This document shows positions 11,751-21,735 of a DNA stretch of 64,000 nt, in pieces (the stretch's first letter is position 1; each line of letters begins with the position of its first letter). Below the pieces are notes generated by a model that saw only the letters and a program-made list of their open reading frames with translations, was not told the DNA's origin and made no database searches. Location of the stretch: NCBI RefSeq assembly GCF_000143415.4, contig NW_003314282.1, positions 1,755,374 through 1,819,373 of the forward strand, in the 5' to 3' direction. The position numbers were made by a program, and so were the translations under genes. The DNA is from Selaginella moellendorffii. Lineage: Eukaryota > Plantae > Lycopodiophyta.

Positions 11751-14723
11751 CTAGTCTTCAAGATGAGCTATCAAGTCCATGTAAGTTTCATTGTCCCTGT
11801 TCTTGGACCCCGTGTCAAAGCCAAACCTGATAAGCAACCTCACCATCTTTCTGTTGTTCATGCCCAAGGCAATATCCATGCTTGAGTATCCTGCTTTCAT
11901 TCTCGTGTTTGGATTAGCACCGGCCAACAAAATGATCTCAGCAGTCTCAAAGTGGCTCCCGGTAACAGCTCTCATTAGCGGTGTTTCTGTGATCCATCCT
12001 TGTGTGTAGTCCGGGCCATCTACCGGAACACCTTTCTCCAGCAAATGTAATACCATTTCCGAGCTCCCAGCATAAGCAAATCTTTTCAAGAGCTCTGGTG
12101 CCAAAGTTTTCCAGATCCCTGCTTTCTTGGTGATATCTTCAACCTTTTGGATCATCCCTATGCCTGGTTCCCATGATTCTTCCACAAAACTCATACCATC
12201 TAAGCAAAGCTTTGGGAGCTTTCTCTTGAGTAAACCAATATCAGCCTGTACTACAGCCTTGCAAACGTCGTAGAGAAGACAAGCTTGCCGGTCTTTCTTA
12301 GGTATGACTTCACCATCTGAATCGTCATCGAGATCAGGAAGCTCCTCATTGATCTTTGGCTCTTCCGAGCTTGATGACAGTTCTGAATCATCCAATTCTT
12401 CATCTTCTTTCCCATCACCTTCGTCTTTTTCTTGGTCACTTTCCTCGCCATCTCTTGACTTTTCTGCTGCTCTGAGAAAGTCCACAACCTCCAAATTTCC
12501 TTGGTCTATAGCAGCCTCTAAAATCTGCTCATGGCCGCTTTGGCTGATCTTCTCCATTGCATACGCAGCCATTTCCTTACTCCCATGACCCCCTAAGAGC
12601 TTCCACAATTTGTCCTCTAAAACACTACTATCGTCGTTGCAAAACGAAACCATCATTTGAAATACCTCCTGGCAGTGTGCATTCCCTTCCTTAGAGCAAG
12701 CAAACCTCAGAGGCTCCATTCCACGAAGCCCAGACTCCACCAAGTGACCTCTCAAAAGTGCCAGCACGTATTCATGGTCCCGGAACTCGTGCCCAAAGTA
12801 ATCAAGGCAGCCAAATTCGTGATTCTCAAATCGTTCCAAGACTTTGGGAGAGATCTGTTTCATACTTCCGCCATTGCCTGTCTTGAGGAAGTAACTTATC
12901 TCGAGAAGGCTCGTTGCAACGCTCAAGCTCCCCTCATGGACAGCACAGTAGAAAAGCTGCTCGAGATAATCTGTGGTGTCCAGGTTGCGTGGCGTCGTCA
13001 CAACACCCCCATGCTCGATGAGGAAGAACACCGCTTCAACTTTATCTCCTTGGATGGCATAGTTGAGGGGTCTCCTAGCCAGAGGTGGTTTCCTGTGTAC
13101 TGTAGCATTCACATAGTCACCGATCATGCTTGCCTTGTCTAGCAAAAGCTTCATCATCTCCATCTTTCCGTGGAATGCCAACTTGTGAAACGGCTTAAGC
13201 TGTCCGCTCCTTGGCCAGGTATCGAACTCCATGTTGATATCCTCGAGAAGAACTCGCAAGACTTCCAAGCTATCACCCTCGCATGCGTCGTGCATCAGCC
13301 ATTCTTCCTGCGCAACTATAGCTTGCCACCTTTCGCCCAGAAATTTCAGCACGCCATGGCTCCCTGCTTTGACGCAGATGCGGCATAGTTGAGGCACTGC
13401 CTTCTTCGGATCAAAGTCCCAGGCTGCCTTGTCAATGACGAACTCTACGCCCAGCTTGAAATCTAGCTGGCAAAAGAGATCCACCAGCAAAGTTCCCTGA
13501 ATGTCCACCATCATGTTCTTGGCTGGTTGCCGAGCTATGGCGTCTGGAACTTCGGGAAACCGCGCTTGAAGAACAGCTAGCATGTCTGTATAATCCTTGG
13601 AACTCGTAAATTCCTCCTCCCAGCTGGAAGAACTGACTTTGCAACTGCTGCAAAGGTTGCTATAAGCTGCTCGGATGTGTACTAGGCATTCCTTTAGAGA
13701 AATCCTGTCGTCACGCTCCGCAGAGCAACATCCATCGACCACGGCAAAGATCTCATAAAAAACACTCTCTTTTAGATCCTCCATGCCTTCTGGAACTTGG
13801 AGCTCTATAGGAGACCCTCCCATATACTTGTTCATCACCAAGACCGAGTCCATGTACTCGGGTATCTCACCATCTATAATCATTTCCACCAGAACCATCC
13901 CCAGCGAGTAGACATCCGAAGGGAATGGATTCGCAAGAACTTCCGGAGGGATCTCGTCTACCGCCTCGTCCAGCTCTGGGGAGATCCAAAACGGTGATCC
14001 TCCTAGTGACCTCAAGTAGTCGACATCTTTCTTCCGGAAACTAAACCCAAAATCTATCAGCTTGGGAACCATGAACTCGTCGACCAGCACGTTCTTGCCT
14101 TTCAAATCCCCGTGATAAATACCCCGCTGGTGACAAACCGAGAGCCCAATCACGAGCTCCATGAAGATCTCCAGCTTTGTCTTCCACCAAGACCAAGAAC
14201 ACGACGATGGCTTCCCGGATCTCAGGAAAGAATTCAAGTCGGGACCTTGGACGAGCTCCATGACAATGCAAACGCTTTGCATTTCCCGGTTGTGTGTCAC
14301 ACCATAAACGCTTGCAACGTTCCTGGTTCCTTGCAGGATCCGCAGGCTGCTCGCTTCCCTGGTGAGATCTATCACCTCATCGTCGCTGCTGTGAATCGTC
14401 TTGACAGCCACGCTCACCGTTTCGTTGTCTCCCTCGCTGGGATTTGATCCGCTGCTGGAGGAGTTGTAGTAGTTATACGAGTCGAAAGGGCCGCCTTTGA
14501 TGCGTTTGGAGTCCCACACGCCTCTGTAGAGCTTGTGCTGGACGCCATAGCTGCGAGTGATGGTACCTTTGAAGATGGTGCCACAGCCGCCAGCGCCAAT
14601 CTCTGTGAGCTTGCTAAACTCGAGCGTTTCCAGTCGATAAGTTTGGGAACTAGTGTATAGATTACCAGCAATAGCGTTGTCTTCGTTCCAGGCTACCTGG
14701 GCTTCCTCGTATCCAGTGCTCAT
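11751..14723 (-). CDS. Intronless kinase + ankyrin-repeat protein, copy 2
   Basis: 990-aa intact ORF, paralogous to 5165-8128, with the same catalytic motifs. Confidence 0.9.
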   Translation of the reverse strand: MSTGYEEAQVAWNEDNAIAGNLYTSSQTYRLETLEFSKLTEIGAGGCGTIFKGTITRSYGVQHKLYRGVWDSKRIKGGPFDSYNYYNSSSSGSNPSEGDNETVSVAVKTIHSSDDEVIDLTREASSLRILQGTRNVASVYGVTHNREMQSVCIVMELVQGPDLNSFLRSGKPSSCSWSWWKTKLEIFMELVIGLSVCHQRGIYHGDLKGKNVLVDEFMVPKLIDFGFSFRKKDVDYLRSLGGSPFWISPELDEAVDEIPPEVLANPFPSDVYSLGMVLVEMIIDGEIPEYMDSVLVMNKYMGGSPIELQVPEGMEDLKESVFYEIFAVVDGCCSAERDDRISLKECLVHIRAAYSNLCSSCKVSSSSWEEEFTSSKDYTDMLAVLQARFPEVPDAIARQPAKNMMVDIQGTLLVDLFCQLDFKLGVEFVIDKAAWDFDPKKAVPQLCRICVKAGSHGVLKFLGERWQAIVAQEEWLMHDACEGDSLEVLRVLLEDINMEFDTWPRSGQLKPFHKLAFHGKMEMMKLLLDKASMIGDYVNATVHRKPPLARRPLNYAIQGDKVEAVFFLIEHGGVVTTPRNLDTTDYLEQLFYCAVHEGSLSVATSLLEISYFLKTGNGGSMKQISPKVLERFENHEFGCLDYFGHEFRDHEYVLALLRGHLVESGLRGMEPLRFACSKEGNAHCQEVFQMMVSFCNDDSSVLEDKLWKLLGGHGSKEMAAYAMEKISQSGHEQILEAAIDQGNLEVVDFLRAAEKSRDGEESDQEKDEGDGKEDEELDDSELSSSSEEPKINEELPDLDDDSDGEVIPKKDRQACLLYDVCKAVVQADIGLLKRKLPKLCLDGMSFVEESWEPGIGMIQKVEDITKKAGIWKTLAPELLKRFAYAGSSEMVLHLLEKGVPVDGPDYTQGWITETPLMRAVTGSHFETAEIILLAGANPNTRMKAGYSSMDIALGMNNRKMVRLLIRFGFDTGSKNRDNETYMDLIAHLED

Positions 14724-14925
14724 TCCAATCCTCTCGGAATGAAGTAGCCCTAGTTGGTTCCTCCTCGCCGATGAGATCTAGGAAAGTCGCCGCGTGGAAG
14801 AATTCCAACTTTGACATTGCTTCTTTGACTAGAACTTTGACTAAAGCTTTGACTAATGTTTGACTGGTTGCAGAGAATGTTGTAGATTCTTCCAGTTCTT
14901 CACTAGGGCTCGAAGTAGTTTCAGG

Positions 14926-17517
14926 ATGGAATCGTCGATGAGAAAGCTCCTGCCAAGCCCGCATCGCCGGACTGGGCTTCTCAAGGATCAGCTCCAACTT
15001 GTGCCGAGAAAGGGCGATGGCGGCCGCGAGGATCGCTACGAGATTGCGCCAATCTCCGACCCCCTCTCCTTCGACAAGGGCTTCTTTCTCTTCATCCGGG
15101 CGTGTCAGCTCCTCACGCGCAAGATGGAAGGGGTGACAATTGTGGTGGGAGTTGCCGGCCCCTCGGGCGCTGGTAAGACCGTCTTCACGGACAAGGTCGC
15201 GAGCTTCTTGCCCGGGATTGCGATCATTTGCATGGACAACTACAACGATTCCAGCCTTGTCATCGACGGGAACTACGATGGTAAGAATCCAAACAAGGTG
15301 TGTGTTGTTCTTTGTTCTTTCGTTTCTATTCGATAGTTTTGGTTGTTTTGCTTTCGTGCTGATAGATCCCAGGATCGTGGACTACGAAATTCTTCTAGAC
15401 AACATCAAGAGCTTGAGAGCTGGGAACTCTGCCGACATTCCGATATATGACTTCAAGCTCAGTCGTCGAGTTGGCTATAGGTGAGTTGTCTTTCCTTCCT
15501 TTTTGCTCGCATTGGGATCAAGGACCAAGTATGTTCTTGCGTTGTTTCCAGGCGTCTGGAGCATCCATCGACGAGAATTGTGATCGTGGAAGGGATATAT
15601 GCTTTGTGTGAGAAGCTACGTCCATTCCTGGATCTGCGAGTCTCTATAACCGGAGGAGTCCATTTTGATCTCGTCAAGCGGGTTCTCCGTGATATCAATC
15701 GCTCCGGCCAAGCTCCGGAAGACATCATCCACCAGATATCAGAAACGGTGATTTTGTATGTTCTTGTGAACAGCAGTGGTTTCATGTATGTTCTTGTGAA
15801 CAGCAGTGGTTTCATAATTCTCTCTTTTTCATCTCTTTGTTGTTTTTCGCACTTAACTTTGTGTCGTTGCCAGGTTTATCCCATGTACAAGGTGTTCATA
15901 GAGCCGGATCTAGCAACAGCACACATCAAAGTAGTCAACAAGTTTAATCCTTTCTCGGGATTTCAGAGTCCAACTTACATCCTAAAGGTTCTGGAGATTT
16001 CCTTCGTTCTTTCTTTTCCTTTTCTGATTCAAAGTTTTCGATGCTCCAGTCTTCTCGTCATGTCACGGAAGAAGAGATTAAAGCTGCCATTGGCTCCAAG
16101 TTCACTGAAGCAACAGAAGATACTTACGATATCTATCTCTTGCCTCCAGGCGAAGACCCGGAAACTTGCCAGTCTTATCTTCGCATGAGAAATCGCGATG
16201 GAAGATACAGTTTGATCTTCGAGGTCTTTTAGAAAAAATGCTCCTTCCAAGATCTATCTTTGTCACTTACCATGACCATGTTTCTCATTTTTCTCTAGGA
16301 ACTTGTGACCGATGAGGATTTTATCATCTCGCCAAGGATCACTTTTGACGTGAGCGTGAGGCTCTTGGGAGGCCTCATGGCTCTTGGATACGAGATGGCC
16401 ACCATTATGAAGCGGTCGAGCCGGGTGTTTTGTGACGAGACTGAGAAGATCGTCGTCAAGATTGACAAGCTCGAGCAAGTCCAGCGAAAGTATGTCCAGG
16501 TAGATCCTTTCTTAGCTTTTTTGTTCTTGAGGTTTTTGTATCTCACCAAGTTTTGACAGATACAAGGCAAAGATCGATCGCTCGTCGCGGATATCGGGAA
16601 GAAGCTGGGGCTCGAAGGCTCGTACATTCCACGCTCTTATATAGAACAAATACAACTGGAGAAACTCACTGCCGAAGTAGTGGTATGGAAAAGAATCGAC
16701 GTGTTCTTCTCATCTCGATCGTCCAAACAGGCATTGCCGGAGGACCTCAAGAACAAATTAAGCTTGAAAACTACCACTGTTCCGGGAAGTCCAGTTTCAT
16801 CCAAAACTTATAGCAGAAGGTATGAAGAAATTCTCGTTTTTCCAAGCTCAAAAACTTTCTTTTTTTCTACAGCTTGAGCTGGAATACCTCGAGGTTTGTC
16901 ATTTTGTTTTTCTTCAAAACACTCGATTCACAGAGTTAAGTGTTTGATAGCTTGAGAAAGCAGCCGGAAAGAAAGCCTCCACCGCTGAAGATCGAAAACC
17001 TCCAGAGAATTCAAGACGATCGAGGATCGGAGTCTCCGTTGACAGATCAAGTGAGTGATAAAGTTTCCAAAGATCCAACTTTTCTTTTCTTCGCAGGTGT
17101 ATCCTCGTGTTGTCGAGCAACTTGCGAATGTCAATGAAAAACTCGACGAGCTCGTCTCAAGGCTCGCAGAGCTGGAGAAGAAACTAATCACGCCTTCTTC
17201 AGCAGTCCCTATAATCACTCCTCCTCGACGAGTTCCTAGCGGGTCCAACGACGACCAAGTGCTGAGCAACGAGGTAAAGTTCTCTGCGAATAATTTTCAC
17301 CCAAAGTTTCACAAACTTCCAGGTGAGATCTCTTGCTCGAGGCCAGCATGACATGAACACGCAGCTAGATCTCCTCACAAACTTCATCCGCCAGAGGCAA
17401 CTCCTCCCGATCGAGCAAGGTGGTCTAAGCTTGTACCCAAATCCAAAGTTTTTCCTCGTTGGTAGCCTCGCTTTCATTGCCTGTTCATGGTTTCTCGTGA
17501 ACGCGAGAAAGGCTTGA
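14926..17517 (+). CDS. TTM: Triphosphate tunnel metalloenzyme TTM1/TTM2-like (uridine kinase-like P-loop + CYTH domain, C-terminal TM anchor)
   Basis: LSFDKGFFLFIRACQLL, VGVAGPSGAGKTVFT, DLRVSITGGVHFDLVKRVLRD, CQSYLRMRNRDGRY, FIISPRITFDVSVRLLGGLMALGY. C-terminal hydrophobic tail FFLVGSLAFIACSWFLV. Confidence 0.9.
15755..15814 (+). repeat. Exact 30-bp tandem duplication in a TTM intron (copy 2 only)
   Basis: tgtatgttcttgtgaacagcagtggtttca occurs twice; it occurs once at the equivalent position (about 9135) in copy 1. Confidence 0.93.
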
Positions 17518-17596
17518 TCGAGAGAAAGCTTCCAATGTACAAAATAAAGTTCATATTGATGTAAGAACTTCTCACAGCTTCTTCCTTCCTCGCTCT

Positions 17597-18915
17597 CTAA
17601 GTTCTCAGCCTCTTCTTGGGCTTGGCAACAAAATCTTTGTCTTCTTCGTCCTCGGATTCCTCTCCGCGCTTCGACTTGGCCTTTGTCTTCGCCATTCTTG
17701 AAGCAATAGGAGCGTTGTCTTCATCATCGTCTTCCGACTCTTCTTCCTCTTCGCTCTTCTTCGTAGCCTTGGTTTTCGCAGCTCTCGAAGCAATCGGAGC
17801 GTTGTCTTCATCGTCTTCCTCTGATTCTTCTTCGCTCGTCTTTGCCTTGGACTTGGTTCTAGACATTCTCGAAGCAATAGGAGCATCGTCGTCGTCGGAC
17901 TCTTCTTCCTTCTTGGCCTTGGCTTTGGCTTTCGCACCTCTCGAAGCAACAGGAGCGTTGTCTTCATCGTCTTCCTCAGACTCCTCCTCTTCGCTCTTCT
18001 TTGCCTTGGCCTTCGCTTTCGACTTTGGAGGAGGCTCCTTGTCCTTGGGCTTAGATTTCGACGCAGCAGCCGCGGGCTTCTTGGAGGAGCTTCCATTCGT
18101 TTTAGCAGCAGCACCTTTCACTGGAGTTGACGTCGAGGCACCTTTCACAGGAGTCGATGGCTGCTTGGACTTCTTTTGTTGATTTCGCTTGTCAAAAGCG
18201 GCCTTTGCTTCGTCCTCGGGGAGTAGCCCGTGCTCCATCAACCTGGAACATCATGCTCTAGTTCACAATGAAGAGAGAAAAAATAAAACGTACCAGATCT
18301 CAGCCATCTCACTGGTAGGAATTTGCTCACGAGTGCTCTCGTAAAAAATTCTCAAGGGATCTCTCTGCGAAGGACAACGAGTGACTTATCAGCCAGACGA
18401 TACGAACCCACGCTCACCTCCTCTGGAATCTCATACTTTTGTCCCGGAAGATCGAAAACCTTTTTCTCCCTCACCACTGTTTTCTTCGTCACGATTCTTT
18501 TCTTCACAACTTTCCCAGTCCCCGGCTGTGGAAATCAATGAAAGCATTCTCACTGGATGGCGAAAGCCAAGCGATGGATGACGGAGCTTACCTCTATCAC
18601 CTCCTTGTCCTGGTTCTCGACTTGTTCTTGCACCACCAGCGTCTTTTCCACTCCATTCTCGTGCTCTTGCTTGGCGCTAACTCTCCCCACCATTTCGCTC
18701 ACCTCTTTCTCATTTGGAGCAGCCTTCTTTGTCACAGTCTTGGACACCACCACGGCCTCCACAGCAGGCTCCGCCGGCGCCGCTTCTTCATCCAAATCCT
18801 CCTTCTTCTTCACCGCCTTGGATTCCTTCTTCACCGCCGCCTTGGTCGCTGCCGATCCCTTCTTCGCAGCCGTGGCATCGCTCTTCTTCGCGCCGGCCTC
18901 CTTCTTCGCCTTCAT
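17597..18915 (-). CDS. Lys/Glu-rich protein of unknown function with a conserved plant domain and acidic C-terminal repeats
   Basis: Spliced ORF containing REKKVFDLPGQKYEIPEE-RDPLRIFYES..QIP.SEMAEIW.MEHGLL, flanked by low-complexity K/A/E segments and four EEESEEDDEDNAPIASR repeats. Confidence 0.8.
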
Positions 18916-18982
18916 CGAGGAGCTATCTCCAAGAACCCTAAATTTCGGCCAAGAGCCCTAATTTTTACTTCCTCTCCCCTTT

Positions 18983-20945
18983 ATGGTGCCATGGCTCGTG
19001 GCTCTCTGCGCGCTCCGCTTCGATGTGGAGCAAGGGCAGGTGATGGACTACTGCTTCCCTCCCGATCGCCTCACCGAGCTCGAGCGATCCCACATCGCGC
19101 TGTGCGCCTTCCCGGATTCGCAGCAGCAGCGCCAGCGGCAGCATTCGTCGCAGCGCACGGCAATCCACGATTCGGTCTTCTTCTTCCGGATCCCGCGTAG
19201 CAGCGGCGCCAAGAATCACAAGCATCTCTTTGGCTACGTCTTCAATCGCCAGCGCCAGGACGAGCGGTTGATCCGGGGCGGCGACCAGAAATCCGTGGTC
19301 ATCCTCTCCTATTTTCCCTACTGGAGCTCCATCTTCAAGCCACTCGTCCAGATCGCCGGCCCTCTCTTCTTCGACAGCGGCAGCGCGGCGCTGGAGAGGA
19401 TCTCCTCGATAATTTCCTCCACCTGGCCGCCGCCACCGCCCAATCCCAAGATCCAGGCCGGATTGGAGCTCCCGGTGGTGAACAACATGGTGATCCGGGT
19501 CGCGAATCTGGCTCCTCTCCCCGATCAAGGTATCGTGTTCCACGATGTGGATCTCTTCGCGGTGCTCAAGGGTGTTTTGATGCAGCTTTGGCTGCTCTGG
19601 GAGCTCGCGCTCGTCGGCGAGCCGCTGCTCGTCGTGGCTCCCTCTCCATCCGTCTCTTGCGAGGCAGTGGCAGCGATCTCCAGCCTGCTAGCTCCGATTC
19701 CATGCAGCTCGGATCTCCGCCCCTACTTCACGATCCACGACCCCGACTTCCACACGGATTTGGCAGCGTCGTCGTCCATCCTTCTCGGCGTCACCAATCT
19801 CTTCTTTCTCCCGGCATTCTCGTCCTCCAAGAGACTCCCCAGCGTCGTCTCCCTCCTCGATCCTCACCACCACCACCACCAGTTCCAGCAGCTCAAGAAG
19901 TTCGTCGACAAGAAGCCGTGGAGTTCTTTGCCTTGGACGCAGCGCCGCCATAGCCAGGCTGTGTGGAGCACCCACGCCCCGGCCACCAAGCCGGACACCT
20001 CGGTTCTCAACAGGCTAGTCGACGCGATTCCATCCTCGCCAAGGATGGACGAATCCATGTCTCTCGTCAACAGTGACATCCTCCGCCGCCACTTCGAGGA
20101 GCTCACCACCAACTTTCTCGCTCCCATCGCGCCATACTTCGCAGTGCCATCTTCTGGATCAAACAATCCTTTCGTTGATCCGCCACCTCTGCCAGCTTTC
20201 GACGAGCAACAGTTCCTGGGCGCGCTGGCGAGCAGGGGTCCCGGGAAGTTTCTGGCCAAGAGGCTTCGTTCCAACTGGATCGACTTGTACAGGTACTTGG
20301 TTCTACAATCTTTCGAAGTTTTTCTCACTCTTGGGTTTGTTCCAACTTTGCCACCAGACGATTCCTCCGTGGCCCAAACTTCATGCCGTGGTTTCGATCC
20401 AGACGTGCAAATGCCGAGAGAGAGCAGCGGCGGATCTGGAGGCAAGCGCGTGCCCGGGCCGACGTGCGGACCATCGTGTCCAAGATGCCCGAGCTGGAGC
20501 TCGTCGAGACTTTCAACGCTATTCTACGCCATCTAGTCGCCGAGCTCGACCTCCAGGTATACACCAGAAGGCTCGAACACCATTTCTAAAAGTTCTCTCT
20601 TCTCTCCAGATGACGCAAACCCCGAGTTTTCCGGAGAAACTCCGGGCCGATTTGCGAGTCGTCTTCGACATGCTACCGAAAGACACCCAGCAATTGCTGC
20701 TGCTGAATCCACAGCACGCATCGCTGCTCGATCCCAAGACGAGCAACAGCAGCGGAATCAGCAGGAGTAGCAGCGGCAGTAGCAGCACCAAGTTGCCCGG
20801 GAGACCGTCAATCCACATATCGTGGTCTTCTCAAGCCACACCCGCGGCACCATTGTCACTTTCGAGGAGGAACAGCCCTTTGGCATTGTCAGGAAGGCTG
20901 GCGCAGGAGCTAGCCAGCGATCCTTTGGACTTGGACAAAGTATAA
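18983..20945 (+). CDS. DENND6-like DENN-domain protein (putative Rab GEF)
   Basis: FDVEQGQ...AFPDS, FGYVFNRQRQDERLIRGGDQKSVVILS, LWELALVGEPLLV, DLRPYFTIHD, LGVTNLFF, LRRHFEELTTNFLAP, NWIDLYR. Two short introns near 20293 and 20557. Confidence 0.88.
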
Positions 20946-20949
20946 TCGT

Positions 20950-21390
20950 GGAAAGCTTTTCTCCTGTAGAACATTTCTCTGATAGAAAATCTTTGTCAGC
21001 TTTGCCGGGACCAAGTCTACTCCGATCCATGGAGGTAAGAACTTGGCGAGTTTTTCATCACAACTCGTGACCATCTCCACAGATCGACGATGTCATCGGC
21101 CAAGCTCAAGCTACCAAGTTGTTCCAGAGACCGACGTTTCCAGAGCAAGACGAAGCAGCTCAGTGTTAGAGTTCCGATCGTTCGAAAGCGTGGAGGAGCA
21201 ATGCTTCGCATCATCAATCAACCAGCTTGTCTTCGACAGAAACAAACTCCGCTGTCAACTTGGCCATTCAGCAACAAGAGTTCAAGCAAAAAAGCGATCA
21301 CAGCGGAGAGTATCAACGATCTTTAGCACCTACCTGCTATGTTGAAAGCGAGCGAGAGATTCGAGGAGTGAGTGGAAGCTTGTGTGTCTG
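20950..21390. pseudogene. Degraded intron-containing GOS1 fragment with an internal inversion
   Basis: About 20950-21188 matches the reverse complement of about 27472-27760 (e.g. caactcgtgaccatctccacagatcgacgatgtcatcggccaagctcaag). About 21190-21390 matches 27220-27460 in direct orientation. Confidence 0.82.
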
Positions 21391-21735
21391 AGAGTTGAAG
21401 GCTAATATCCTGGAACTTCCACATTCACAATCCTCCCATCTTTCTAGTCAGATATTTTGACGAGCTGCGAAAACTACATGTACTATCGGAAACTCAATCA
21501 GGAGGTCTGCCAAATTCCTGGTTTGACATTGAAATGCTCTTTACAGGGCTGAAAATTCGAGCAATGCCGCCAGGTGACATTTCACTGGGAGGCGTCGGAA
21601 TCATCTGGAGACCGGGAGATGTTCTCTTCACAAAGGAAGTCTTGGACAAAGGAAAGGTGGTGGGAGGATATTATCTTCCCAAAGTACCCTAAACAGTTCC
21701 TGTATTAGGATCTTTGCTCGTCCCCCACTGCGTCT

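Larger units (their letters stand above)
3721..16948. repeat. Direct tandem duplication of about 6.6 kb (copy 1 3721-10305; copy 2 10307-16948)
   Basis: Near-identical sequence at an offset of about 6586 nt. The junction at 10301-10310 joins TTM intron sequence (..tgtttgat, as at 16941-16948) to PPR coding sequence (cggtggtg, as at 3721). Confidence 0.96.
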
